From Acutalibacteraceae bacterium (GTDB lineage Bacteria; Bacillota; Clostridia; Oscillospirales; Acutalibacteraceae), in contig JAZREW010000017.1 of NCBI GenBank assembly GCA_045661005.1, forward strand, positions 1 to 41,972: a stretch of 41,972 bases of DNA. The letters are read 5' to 3'. The translations under genes were made by a program, and so were the position numbers. Below the pieces are notes generated by a model. That model searched no databases, had not been told where the DNA came from, and worked only from the letters and a program-made list of their open reading frames with translations. This document shows, piece by piece, positions 1 through 9,604 of this stretch (the first letter of the stretch is position 1; each line of letters opens with the position of its first letter).

Positions 1-2
1 AA

Positions 3-1202
3 ATTTCAGAAAAGAATATAACTGTGTGGATGTCAAGCGGCAGAGACCAGGCAAACATAATGAAACGAATCATAGATTCCGATTTCAAGCTGAAATATGA
101 TGTTTCGGTTGATTTGAAATTGGTTCAAAACGCTTCGGTGCTAAGTGCTTTAATTGCAGGGAAGGGTCCTGATGTGGCATTGGAATTGCTTGCCGCAAAC
201 CCTGTTGATTATGCAGTAAGAAACGCTTTAGTAGATTTAAAGCAATTTAAAAATTATGAAGATATTTCAAATAGATTTTATGACTCGGCAATAGAACCCT
301 TTAGCTTCAACGGCGGGGTTTATGCATTGCCTGAAAAACAGTCCTTCCCAATGCTTTTTTATCGCACAGATGTGCTTGAAGAGCTTAATATTGAAATACC
401 GAAAACCTGGAAAGATGTAGCAATTTGTTTGACAGAGCTTACAAATGCTAATATGGAATTTGGTGTTTCTTGTGCCGATGCCGACAGTACGCTTTCTACA
501 ATGTCAATGTTCCTTTATCAAAACGGCGGTGAGCTTTATGTAGACGGCGGCAGAAAAAGCGGTCTTACAAATGATAGTGCGTTAACTGCATTTAAACAGT
601 TAACCGACCTTTATACAAGCTATAAGCTGCCATACGCATTTAATTCGCTAAACCGTTTCAGAAGCGGTGAAATGCCGTTGGTTATTGCTGATTATTCACT
701 TTACAATCAGTTGTGCATCTCTGCACCCGAAATCAACGGTCTTTGGGGTGTTTCAACGGTGCCGGGAAATATTGATGAAAATGGTAATATTAACCGTTCT
801 GTTGCAGGCACCGTTACAGGTTGTTCCATAGTGTACAACTCTAAAGATAAGGATTCTGCTTGGAAGTTTATTGATTGGTGGACATCTACTGAAACACAGG
901 CAGATTACGGATTGCAGATTGAAAGCTTACTAGGCCAAGCGGCAAGATATCCTACCGCTAATATAGAAGCGTTAAAACTTTTGCCTTGGTCTGACAGCGA
1001 GTTAGCACAGCTTACCGAACAGCAACAGTATGTTAAAGCTGTTCCGCAAGTGCCTGGTAGTTATTTCACTTCACGCCATGTTTACAATGCGCTTAGAAGA
1101 GTATTGACTTACGGTGATGACCCGAGACAAACACTAATAGATTATGCGGATTATATTGACGAAGAAATTAAAACCAAACGTGATGAGTTTGGTTTGGATT
1201 AA
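3..1202 (+). CDS. Extracellular solute-binding protein of a carbohydrate ABC transporter (5' end lies upstream of the window)
   Basis: The reading frame is open from base 3 to the window edge (ISEKNITVWMSSG...), so the GTG at 24 in the ORF track is probably not the true start. It has an aromatic-rich SBP-like body and sits directly upstream of a MalF/MalG-type permease pair. Confidence 0.75.
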   Translation: MSEKNITVWMSSGRDQANIMKRIIDSDFKLKYDVSVDLKLVQNASVLSALIAGKGPDVALELLAANPVDYAVRNALVDLKQFKNYEDISNRFYDSAIEPFSFNGGVYALPEKQSFPMLFYRTDVLEELNIEIPKTWKDVAICLTELTNANMEFGVSCADADSTLSTMSMFLYQNGGELYVDGGRKSGLTNDSALTAFKQLTDLYTSYKLPYAFNSLNRFRSGEMPLVIADYSLYNQLCISAPEINGLWGVSTVPGNIDENGNINRSVAGTVTGCSIVYNSKDKDSAWKFIDWWTSTETQADYGLQIESLLGQAARYPTANIEALKLLPWSDSELAQLTEQQQYVKAVPQVPGSYFTSRHVYNALRRVLTYGDDPRQTLIDYADYIDEEIKTKRDEFGLD

Positions 1203-1212
1203 AGGGGGTTAA

Positions 1213-2124
1213 ATGATGAAAAAGATAGATTTTTCATACACTTGGAGTCAAATGAAAAAGAAAAAAGCCGGTTATGCATTTGTGGCTCCCTTTATGATTT
1301 TGTTTATTATTTTTACAGTAATTCCTGTAGCAATATCAATTTTTTACAGCTTCACATATTATAATGCGTTAGAAGCTCCACGTTTTATCGGACTTGATAA
1401 TTATATGAGATTATTTCTTAAGGACGATGTTTTTATTATTGCAATTAAAAACACTTTGGTTTTTGCGGTAATTACAGGTCCTGTAAGCTATATTATGTGT
1501 TTACTGTTTGCTTGGTTTATTAACGAGCTAAGCCGACCTCTGAGAGTTTTATTCACAATAATTTTCTACGTACCCTCTATTTCGGGCCAGGCTTATACAA
1601 TATTCTCTATAATTTTTAATAGTGACCGTTATGGTCTTATGAACGGACTTTTAATTAAATTGGGCTTTTTAACCGAACCTATAGCATGGTTTCAGGATAC
1701 ACGTTATATGATGGCAATTATTATAGTGGTATCCTTGTGGATGTCGCTGGGTACCAGCTTTTTGTCCTTTATAGCGGGTCTTCAGAGTGTGGACCGTTCT
1801 TTATATGAAGCCGCCGCTGTTGACGGTATTAAAACCCGTTGGCACGAGCTTTGGTATGTAACATTACCCGCTATGAAGCCACAGCTTATGTTTGGTGCGG
1901 TAATGGCTATCACATCTTCCTTTGCGGTAAGCGGTGTTTGCAATACATTGGCAGGCTTCCCGTCTACCGATTATGCGGCGCATACTATCGTGGCTCATTT
2001 GCAGGATTACGGTCAGATAAGATTTGATATGGGCTATGCTTGTGCAATCGCAACATTACTTTTTATTATGATGGTTGGCGCTAACAAGCTGGTTAATATA
2101 TTGCTAAGAAGGGTGGGCGAATAA
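1213..2124 (+). CDS. Carbohydrate ABC transporter permease (MalF/UgpA-like)
   Basis: RBS AAGGGGG lies upstream. There are about 6 hydrophobic segments. The EAA-loop motif YEAAAVDGIKTRWHELWYVTLPAMKP is present. Confidence 0.9.
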   Translation: MMKKIDFSYTWSQMKKKKAGYAFVAPFMILFIIFTVIPVAISIFYSFTYYNALEAPRFIGLDNYMRLFLKDDVFIIAIKNTLVFAVITGPVSYIMCLLFAWFINELSRPLRVLFTIIFYVPSISGQAYTIFSIIFNSDRYGLMNGLLIKLGFLTEPIAWFQDTRYMMAIIIVVSLWMSLGTSFLSFIAGLQSVDRSLYEAAAVDGIKTRWHELWYVTLPAMKPQLMFGAVMAITSSFAVSGVCNTLAGFPSTDYAAHTIVAHLQDYGQIRFDMGYACAIATLLFIMMVGANKLVNILLRRVGE

Positions 2125-2125
2125 T

Positions 2126-2998
2126 ATGAAAATTAAATCCCATTCTTCAATAGCCAGAAAAAGAATATCACGTTCGGTTGGCGGAGATATAGCAATTTAT
2201 GGTTTTTTAATTATTATGGCTATTTTTCTTATGTTTCCGCTTGTGTACATAATAAGTAACTCGTTAAAGCCGTATAACGAATTGTTCATTTTCCCGCCAA
2301 AGCTATTTGTAACTAACCCAACGGCAGATAATTACCTTGATTTATTTACCGTAATGTCTTCTTCTTGGGTGCCGTTTTCAAGATATTTGTTAAACACATC
2401 TTTTATAACGGTTGTAGGTACATTAGGTAATCTTATTTTTGGTTCAATGGCGGCTTTTGCTATTTCAAAAATAAAGTTTCCGGGTTGTAATTTTTGTTTT
2501 AAGCTTATAGTTTTATCACTTATGTTTTCAACCTTAGTTACAGAAATACCCAACTATTTAATAATTTCAAAATTCGGTTGGATAGATACTCATCTGGCAG
2601 TTATAGTGCCTGCCTTTGCTTCAAGCCTTGGCATATATCTTATGAAACAGTTTATAGACCAGATTCCCGATACATTAATAGAGGCGGCGCAAATAGACGG
2701 TGCAAATTCTATGAGGGTTTTCTGTTCAATTATACTGCCATCGGTAAAGCCGGCGTGGCTTACTGTAATTATTCTTTCGGTTCAGTCTCTTTGGAATAGC
2801 ACAGGCGGTAAATTTATTTACAGCGAACAGCTCAAAACCTTACCTGTTGCTATGAATGATATAGCCGCAGGCGGTATTGCACGTTCGGGCGTTGCAGCCG
2901 CAATTTCTGTAGTTATGCTTAGTGTTCCTGTAATCACATTTATTTTGGCACAAAGTCAGGTTGTAGAAACAATGGCTACATCCGGTATGAAGGAATAG
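2126..2998 (+). CDS. Carbohydrate ABC transporter permease (MalG/UgpE-like)
   Basis: It starts 1 nt after the previous stop. The EAA-loop motif IEAAQIDGANSMRVFCSIILPSVKPA is present, and the protein is multi-TM. Confidence 0.9.
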   Translation: MKIKSHSSIARKRISRSVGGDIAIYGFLIIMAIFLMFPLVYIISNSLKPYNELFIFPPKLFVTNPTADNYLDLFTVMSSSWVPFSRYLLNTSFITVVGTLGNLIFGSMAAFAISKIKFPGCNFCFKLIVLSLMFSTLVTEIPNYLIISKFGWIDTHLAVIVPAFASSLGIYLMKQFIDQIPDTLIEAAQIDGANSMRVFCSIILPSVKPAWLTVIILSVQSLWNSTGGKFIYSEQLKTLPVAMNDIAAGGIARSGVAAAISVVMLSVPVITFILAQSQVVETMATSGMKE

Positions 2999-3009
2999 GG
3001 GGCGTAAAT

Positions 3010-5100
3010 ATGAAAAAGATACTTGTATTTTTATTGATTTTAGTATTAAGCTTTTCTTTTATTTTCCCCGCAAGTGCTAAAAGCTACAGTTCTTATAATT
3101 ATAACTCTAAGGGCGAGGCTATAAAATCACCTCATCCGTACACACCTGTAAAGGAAATAAGCGGAATTGATATTGGTGTAGGCGAGTTTTCAAACCCTTC
3201 GGATATTTATCGTGATTATAACGGCAATATATATATTTGCGATAGCGGTAATAACCGAATTGTAGTGCTTAACAGCGATTTTACCTTTAAACAGGAAATC
3301 ACCGAGATTACTGTTGGTTATTTTACAGAAAAGCTCAATAACCCAAGCGGTGTGTTTGTGGACCCCAATACTAACCTGCTTTATATTGCTGATACCGATA
3401 ACGCAAGAGTTCTGGCTTTGGACGAAACACTTACAACAGTTATACGTGTTGACAGACCGTATCAAAAAGGCGTTGTAGACGATGACTTTATATTTGCGCC
3501 CACTAAGGTAGCGGTTGATAACGGCGGAAGAATATTCGTTGTATCAAAAAATACCTATGAGGGTCTTATGCAGTTTGATTCTAAGGGTGAATTTTTAGGC
3601 TTTGTGGGTGCAAACAAGGTTTCTATTTCACCTATAGAATATTTTTGGAAACGGCTTTCAACAAAGGCGCAATCATCAAAGCTACAGCTTACCTTACCTA
3701 CGGAATTTTCTAACCTTGAAATAGATTCTGACGGATTTATTTACACCACCACAAGCATAATAAGCGAAGACGGTGCTGATATTCTTATAAGAAGACAAAA
3801 TCCATCCGGTGAGGATGTGCTTAAAAAGAGCGAATTTTTATCGATTGCGGGTGATATTGATTATTCGACAGATACCACAAGCACTTCTAAAATAGGTCCT
3901 TCAAGCTTTGTGGATGTTGCGGTTGGCGACCACGGCATATATAGCGCACTTGATACCAAGCGAGGCAGGATTTTCACCTATGATTTCGAGGGTAATCTTT
4001 TATACGTTTTCGGCGGTGACGGAAACAACGGTAACGATTTAGGATGCTTTTTTACCCCAATTGCTATGATTAAAAGCGGTGAAGATTTTGCTGTTCTTGA
4101 TATGTATAAAGCTACAGTAACAATTTTCGCCCCCACAGAATACGGCAAGCTTATAAATGAAGCGGTAGCTTGCAATTATAATGGCGATTATGATGATTCT
4201 GCAAAGATATGGGAAAAGGTAATACGTCTTAATTGCAATTACGAACAAGCGTATACAGGTATGGGTATTTCTCAGTTGCGTTCGGGCAACTACAAAGAAG
4301 CAATGAAAAACTTCAAGCTTGGTGCTAACAAATACTACTATTCAAAAGCCTTTAAAGAGTATAGGCAAGGCTGGTTAGAATCTAACTTTATATGGGTGGT
4401 TTTAATTGTTGTTACCGCCCTTGTGCTACTGTGCGTAGGAATAACATATTCAGAAAAACGCAGAATAGCCGGCAAGCATACGGTTTTAGATAGCAGTATT
4501 AAATATGTTTTTTATTCGGTTTCGCATCCGTTTGACGGATTTTTTGAAATGAAACGCAGAAAAATGGGTAGCCTTAAAATTTCTGCAGTAATTCTGGCTT
4601 TATTAATATTATGCTTTGTTATTAAAAATCAAATGACAGGGTTCCTTATTAATAATACCGATTTATCTGATTTTAATATTTTCAATGAAATAGTAAAGGT
4701 TTTAGGGCCGTTTTTGCTTTTCTGTATTATAAACTGGTGCGTAACAACCCTTATGGACGGTGAGGGCAGGCTTGTAGAAATTATAAACTGTGTTGCTACT
4801 TGTCTTATACCTTTAATAATTTCTATTATTCCGTTAACAATTCTAAGTAATATTATAACAATGGAAGAAAAAGCATTTTATTATGTTTTGTTATCCTTAG
4901 TTATTGCATATTCGCTATTCTTAGCGTTGGTAGGAATAATGGAAACCCACCAATATTCTTTTGGTAAAACATTGCTTTCAATAATTATAACTATTATTGG
5001 AATGGTTATTACAATATTTATAATTTTGCTTTTTGTAAATCTTATAAACACATTGTTCGATTTTTGTGTAAAGATTTATAATGAGGTTGTATTAAGGTAG
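3010..5100 (+). CDS. Secreted NHL-repeat beta-propeller / TPR-like / C-terminal Yip1-type polytopic membrane domain fusion protein
   Basis: Signal peptide MKKILVFLLILVLSFSFIFPASA. NHL-type repeats are present (NPSDIYRDYNGNIYICDSGNNRIVVLN; NNPSGVFVDPNTNLLYIADTDNARVLALD; RIFVVSKNTYEGLMQFD). A TPR-like stretch follows (YEQAYTGMGISQLRSGNYKEAMKNF). The C-terminus has about 5 TM helices after PFDGFFEMKRRK, as in Yip1-domain proteins. Confidence 0.7.
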   Translation: MKKILVFLLILVLSFSFIFPASAKSYSSYNYNSKGEAIKSPHPYTPVKEISGIDIGVGEFSNPSDIYRDYNGNIYICDSGNNRIVVLNSDFTFKQEITEITVGYFTEKLNNPSGVFVDPNTNLLYIADTDNARVLALDETLTTVIRVDRPYQKGVVDDDFIFAPTKVAVDNGGRIFVVSKNTYEGLMQFDSKGEFLGFVGANKVSISPIEYFWKRLSTKAQSSKLQLTLPTEFSNLEIDSDGFIYTTTSIISEDGADILIRRQNPSGEDVLKKSEFLSIAGDIDYSTDTTSTSKIGPSSFVDVAVGDHGIYSALDTKRGRIFTYDFEGNLLYVFGGDGNNGNDLGCFFTPIAMIKSGEDFAVLDMYKATVTIFAPTEYGKLINEAVACNYNGDYDDSAKIWEKVIRLNCNYEQAYTGMGISQLRSGNYKEAMKNFKLGANKYYYSKAFKEYRQGWLESNFIWVVLIVVTALVLLCVGITYSEKRRIAGKHTVLDSSIKYVFYSVSHPFDGFFEMKRRKMGSLKISAVILALLILCFVIKNQMTGFLINNTDLSDFNIFNEIVKVLGPFLLFCIINWCVTTLMDGEGRLVEIINCVATCLIPLIISIIPLTILSNIITMEEKAFYYVLLSLVIAYSLFLALVGIMETHQYSFGKTLLSIIITIIGMVITIFIILLFVNLINTLFDFCVKIYNEVVLR

Positions 5101-5112
5101 GAGGAGAAGATT

Positions 5113-7689
5113 ATGAAGATTAAATGCAAAAAAATCGCAAGTTTTCTCCTTTCTGCGATGTTGATTTTTTCTACAGCTTCGGTAAGCTTTAAAAGCTATG
5201 CCGAAAAAATTGAAGACGTAAAAATATCAGCCGATTACAGTTATAGCGAAGCTGAAAATATAGCTATAGCTAATGGCTTTGCCCCTGTTTTAAACAATCA
5301 GAATTTCACTTTATACTATAAAGCCGAAACATCTGAAATGGCGGTTTACAACCGCAATAATAATGAGGTTTTATATTCTAATCCGCAGGATATACCCGAG
5401 GATGTGACGGGTCTGGCTTCGCATAGATTGAAATCTCAGCTTTACGTTACATACTATGTAAATAATACGCAGGCTAAATATTTTTCATCTTATTATGACT
5501 GTGTTAATTTTAACCAAAACACAGCCGAAATTAAGGACAATACACTTGTTGTTGAATATGTATTCGGTAAGGAAAGCTATTCAAAGGAAATGTTGCCTAT
5601 AGCTATTCCAAAGGATAAATATGAAGAAAAGATTTTGCCAAAGCTTACAGATGCGGACAAGGAAATACTTGAAAACGCATATAAGCTTACCTCTATTAAA
5701 TCTGCAAAGACTGATGTGGCACGCAACAAGCTTATAGAAAGATACAAGAACATAGAAAAAACCGACCTTTATGTGCTTGACAGATATATACCCGATTACG
5801 AGGTAGAGGCGGTTTATAAATCACTTTTCAAGTATTACACCACAGAAGATTTTAAAGAGGATAACGGAGCGGCAGGCGGCACTACTGAGGTGGCGAATGA
5901 TTCTATAACCTTTACGCTTTCGCTTTGTTACAGTTTAAGAGAAAACGGGTTAACCGTTTCGCTGGATTGCTCACAGTTAACGGTTAGCGAAAACGCAGAT
6001 ATAGATTCTGTAGCAATTTTAGAATTTTTTGGTTGCGGCGGAAAAGCGGATTCGGGTTATTCCGTTATTCCTGACGGCAGCGGCGGTGTGATTAATTTTA
6101 ACACCAATAAGCCTTGGGCTAGCGAATATTCTGCCAGAATTTATGGTGACGACGGTGCAATAAGCTACACTAATTCTGTTGAAAACAAGAAAAGTGTGCA
6201 GCTGCCTATGTATGCCATAGCAAAAAACGAAAGCGGAATAATTGCGGTTGCAAGTAAGGGTGCCGGCATATGCAGTATTATTTCTGATATTGCCGATGAT
6301 ATAATACCCTATAATAAAACTGCTTTTTGTGCAAATGTATTCAGCTTTGATAAAATGTATGTTTTAAATCCTGAATATGGCGGCGGTATGTCTGAGGTTT
6401 ATGTGCGTGAGGCTGAGCCGTATTCAGAAAATATTGAAATTAATTATTTCTTTTTAGAAAAGAATAAAAACACATATGCAAATATTGCCGAGTATTACCG
6501 AAATATGCTAATAAAAAATGGCACACTATCGCAAAAGGTCAACGGTGAAACTCCCTTTGTTTTTGAATTGGTTGGTGCGGTTGATGTAAATAAGCATTTT
6601 TTGGGTATTCCTTATAAAGGATATGAGGTTTTAACATCCTTTGAGCAGGCAGAAGAAATAATAGAAGCTTTTTCAGAACAGAAAATTTCCCGAATGAAGG
6701 TAAAGCTTTCAGGTTGGTTTAACGGCGGTTTGCAACAAACCGATATTTCAAAAGTCAACATTTTGTCCTGCTTGGGCGGTAAGAGAAAGCTTACAAAACT
6801 TATGGAAAGCAAAAAGGCAGATGTTTTTCCGCAAATAAACGTTTCAACGGTAAGCAATAAAGCGTTTGACGGTTTTTCTATTAAAAACGAAGCGGCAAGG
6901 CTTACTTACAACGAAACAGCGCTTTTGTATCCGATTAGTCTTTCACGTGGCGATTTTGATTACGAAGAAAAATATAATTATATTTTATCGCCCGCAAAGT
7001 ATTCGGCAAAGGTAAAAAGCTTTAATAAAAAATTCAATTATAAAAATATTGCGTTATCGGATTTAACAACCACGCTAAACAGCGATTTTTCTGCGGATAA
7101 TTATACCAGCAGAATCAAGGCAGAAAATATAACCAAAGATACTTTAACTAAGCTTAAAAAGGGAAGAAGTATATTGGCGTCGGCACCTAATGAGTATGCA
7201 GTAGAGTTTGTAGATGTTGTAACCGATATGCCGCTTGGTACATCGGGCGCTAACATATTTGATTTAGAAATACCGTTTGTTCAGATGGTGTTTAGCGGAT
7301 ACAAGGATATGGCTTGCGAACCGATAAACATTTATGACAACGGGGCTGATTTATTAAAGCTTATGGCTTACGGTACGTTGCCTAATTACACCTTTATGTA
7401 TGCAGAGTCCTCGGCGCTTAAGGATACAGATTATTCAAATTACTATTCCTTGTGCTTTAAGGATTGGCAAGAAGAAGCAATGGAGCTTTACAAAGATTAT
7501 TGTAAGGATATGCAGGCGGTTAGAGGCTGCAGTATAACAGGCTGGGAAATGATTACCGCAAACGTAATAAAAATCAGCTATGAAAACGGTGCCGTTTTTG
7601 TTATTAATCAAGGCGATAATATTTATGAAGACGGTGCGGTTAAGGTAGAAGGTCAAAGTTATAGCTTTTATAAGGGGGGATTGCAATGA
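5113..7689 (+). CDS. Large secreted protein of unknown function (possibly the DUF5696 type that accompanies Yip1 proteins and sugar ABC permeases in Firmicutes)
   Basis: Strong RBS (AGGAGGAG) and signal peptide (MKIKCKKIASFLLSAMLIFSTASVSFKSYA). I see no motif I can tie to a named enzyme family. The DUF5696 suggestion rests only on size and on remembered gene neighbourhood. Confidence 0.45.
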   Translation: MKIKCKKIASFLLSAMLIFSTASVSFKSYAEKIEDVKISADYSYSEAENIAIANGFAPVLNNQNFTLYYKAETSEMAVYNRNNNEVLYSNPQDIPEDVTGLASHRLKSQLYVTYYVNNTQAKYFSSYYDCVNFNQNTAEIKDNTLVVEYVFGKESYSKEMLPIAIPKDKYEEKILPKLTDADKEILENAYKLTSIKSAKTDVARNKLIERYKNIEKTDLYVLDRYIPDYEVEAVYKSLFKYYTTEDFKEDNGAAGGTTEVANDSITFTLSLCYSLRENGLTVSLDCSQLTVSENADIDSVAILEFFGCGGKADSGYSVIPDGSGGVINFNTNKPWASEYSARIYGDDGAISYTNSVENKKSVQLPMYAIAKNESGIIAVASKGAGICSIISDIADDIIPYNKTAFCANVFSFDKMYVLNPEYGGGMSEVYVREAEPYSENIEINYFFLEKNKNTYANIAEYYRNMLIKNGTLSQKVNGETPFVFELVGAVDVNKHFLGIPYKGYEVLTSFEQAEEIIEAFSEQKISRMKVKLSGWFNGGLQQTDISKVNILSCLGGKRKLTKLMESKKADVFPQINVSTVSNKAFDGFSIKNEAARLTYNETALLYPISLSRGDFDYEEKYNYILSPAKYSAKVKSFNKKFNYKNIALSDLTTTLNSDFSADNYTSRIKAENITKDTLTKLKKGRSILASAPNEYAVEFVDVVTDMPLGTSGANIFDLEIPFVQMVFSGYKDMACEPINIYDNGADLLKLMAYGTLPNYTFMYAESSALKDTDYSNYYSLCFKDWQEEAMELYKDYCKDMQAVRGCSITGWEMITANVIKISYENGAVFVINQGDNIYEDGAVKVEGQSYSFYKGGLQ

Positions 7690-8630
7690 AGAAAAAATTT
7701 ATGTCAGGCTATTTTAACGGAAAAAGCTTGACTTTAAAGGGCAGAAAAGCACGCACAGGCTTGATTTTTGCTTCGCCCTTGATTTTTGGTTTTATATTTT
7801 TATTTGCAATACCGCTTTTTAATTCGTTTATGTTTTCGGTAGGCGAAATAAACCTTAACCCTAACGGCTACGAATTTAAGTTTTCGGGCTTTGGCAATTA
7901 TAAGTATATTTTCTTTGAGCATACAACCTTTTTAAGAAGCTTTTTAACCACTATTAAAGATGTTGTTTTAGATACACCGCTTATACTGGTTTTCAGCTTT
8001 TTTATTGCTGTTTTACTCAATCAAAAGTTTAAGGGCAGAATGTGGGTAAGAGCACTATTCTTCTTGCCTGTAATAATAAGCTCGGGCGTAATAATGCGTT
8101 TAGATAATCAGGCGTATGTAGAGTCGCACATTTTTCATTCGGGATCTGAAACAGGTACTGTTATGAGTAATATGATGGGCGGTATAAATCTTTCGGATTA
8201 TTTAATAAAGCTAGGTCTTGCAGAGGGTCTCATTGAATATTTAAGCACAGCATTAGAAAGTGTTTACGATATAATTAATTGTTCGGGTGTACAAATACTT
8301 ATTTTGCTTTCGGCACTTCAAACAATACCCGAGTCTTTGTATGAAGCTTCAAGTATAGAGGGTGCAACCGCTTGGGAAAACTTTTGGAAAATAACCTTTC
8401 CAATGCTTTCACCGTTTATTTTGGTTACCTGTGTTTATACAATAATAGATAGCTTCCTTATGGTAGGGTCGGATACATATAATATGACACGGCTCATAGA
8501 AACTACCGTTAATGAAAAGTTGGATTTTGCCGTAGCTTCGGCTATGTCATGGGTTTATTTTATTGCAGTAGGTTTGATTTTAGGTATAGTTTCCTTTATC
8601 ATATCTCGCTATATATCTTATACAGAATAG
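7686..8630 (+). CDS. Carbohydrate ABC transporter permease (MalF-like), second pair
   Basis: ATGA start/stop overlap with the upstream gene. EAA loop YEASSIEGATAWENFWKITFPMLSP. Multi-TM. Confidence 0.88.
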   Translation: MKKKFMSGYFNGKSLTLKGRKARTGLIFASPLIFGFIFLFAIPLFNSFMFSVGEINLNPNGYEFKFSGFGNYKYIFFEHTTFLRSFLTTIKDVVLDTPLILVFSFFIAVLLNQKFKGRMWVRALFFLPVIISSGVIMRLDNQAYVESHIFHSGSETGTVMSNMMGGINLSDYLIKLGLAEGLIEYLSTALESVYDIINCSGVQILILLSALQTIPESLYEASSIEGATAWENFWKITFPMLSPFILVTCVYTIIDSFLMVGSDTYNMTRLIETTVNEKLDFAVASAMSWVYFIAVGLILGIVSFIISRYISYTE

Positions 8631-8640
8631 GAGCGAAAAT

Positions 8641-9591
8641 ATGAAAAATACAAATACTTATCTTTTAAAAAGAAAATCACGTGAAACTGCAATAGCACTA
8701 TTAAGAACTATTTTCTTTATTGGTATAGGCTTCTATATTATTTATCCAATTTTCACTAAAGCTATGATGAGCTTTATGTCTGAGCAGGATTTGTACGATG
8801 CTACAGTTTCGCTTGTGCCAAAGGAATGGACAACGGAAAATTTAAAGCTGGTTTTCAAGGCTATCGAATTTCCTGTGGCATTTAAGAATTCCTTAATACT
8901 GTCACTAACCGTTATGGTTTTGCAGTTAGTATCATCATTGCTTGTAGGTTACGCCTTTGGCAGATTTGAATTTCCGTTTAAAAATTTGTTGTTTATATTA
9001 GGAATATTTATGTTGGTTGTACCGCCATCTACAATGATTTTACCGTTGTATCTTTCGTATTCTAATTTTGATATTTTAGGTATTTTCAAGCTGATTACCG
9101 GTGGAAAACTTAATTTGCTTAATACATATTTCCCGTTTATACTGTCTTCGTTGTTCTGTACCGGAACAAAGGGCATGATGTTTGTATTTATGTTCAGGCA
9201 GTATTTCAGAAATATGCCAAAAGAAATTGAAGAAGCGGCTTGCGTTGACGGTGCCGGTGAATTCAGAATTTTCATACAGGTTATGGCTCCGTCATCACGC
9301 CCGATTGCTGTTTGTGTAGCCTTGCTTTCTTTTGTTTGGCAATGGACAGATATTTTATACACAGGCTGGTATATGAGCGGCTATAAGCTGCTTTCGGTTA
9401 ATTTATATGCGCTTACTGAAAATGTAAAGGTATATATAGCTACTGGCGGTTCGGTAGTAATAGGACCTGCTTATCAGGCGTTGCTTAACGGCATAGGTTC
9501 TATTCTTGTTATATTGCCGTTGCTTGTAATGTACCTTTTCTTGCAGAAAAACTTTATTCAAAGCGTTGAACGTAGCGGAATAGTGGGTTAA
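8641..9591 (+). CDS. Carbohydrate ABC transporter permease (MalG-like), second pair
   Basis: EAA loop IEEAACVDGAGEFRIFIQVMAPSSRP. Multi-TM. RBS AGGAG. Confidence 0.88.
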   Translation: MKNTNTYLLKRKSRETAIALLRTIFFIGIGFYIIYPIFTKAMMSFMSEQDLYDATVSLVPKEWTTENLKLVFKAIEFPVAFKNSLILSLTVMVLQLVSSLLVGYAFGRFEFPFKNLLFILGIFMLVVPPSTMILPLYLSYSNFDILGIFKLITGGKLNLLNTYFPFILSSLFCTGTKGMMFVFMFRQYFRNMPKEIEEAACVDGAGEFRIFIQVMAPSSRPIAVCVALLSFVWQWTDILYTGWYMSGYKLLSVNLYALTENVKVYIATGGSVVIGPAYQALLNGIGSILVILPLLVMYLFLQKNFIQSVERSGIVG

Positions 9592-9604
9592 AGGAGAATA
9601 GAAT

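Noticed and set aside
5113-7689. I considered calling the 858-aa secreted protein a GH31/GH36-like glycosidase because of the segment KVKLSGWFNGGLQQTD.
   Set aside because: I could not find the family catalytic signatures such as a WiDMNE-type nucleophile block. The resemblance is too slight to support a call.
8949-9362. This and the many other 60-140-aa ORFs in the track that lie inside or antisense to the large genes (for example 1839-2027, 2332-2553, 3190-3465, 9986-10297, 11072-11434, 22424-22735, 30837-31139, 32714-33013, 34859-35167, 41546-41866).
   Set aside because: All are fully embedded in longer ORFs with strong family signatures. They lack RBSs and have low-complexity or skewed composition. 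I treat them as non-coding frames.
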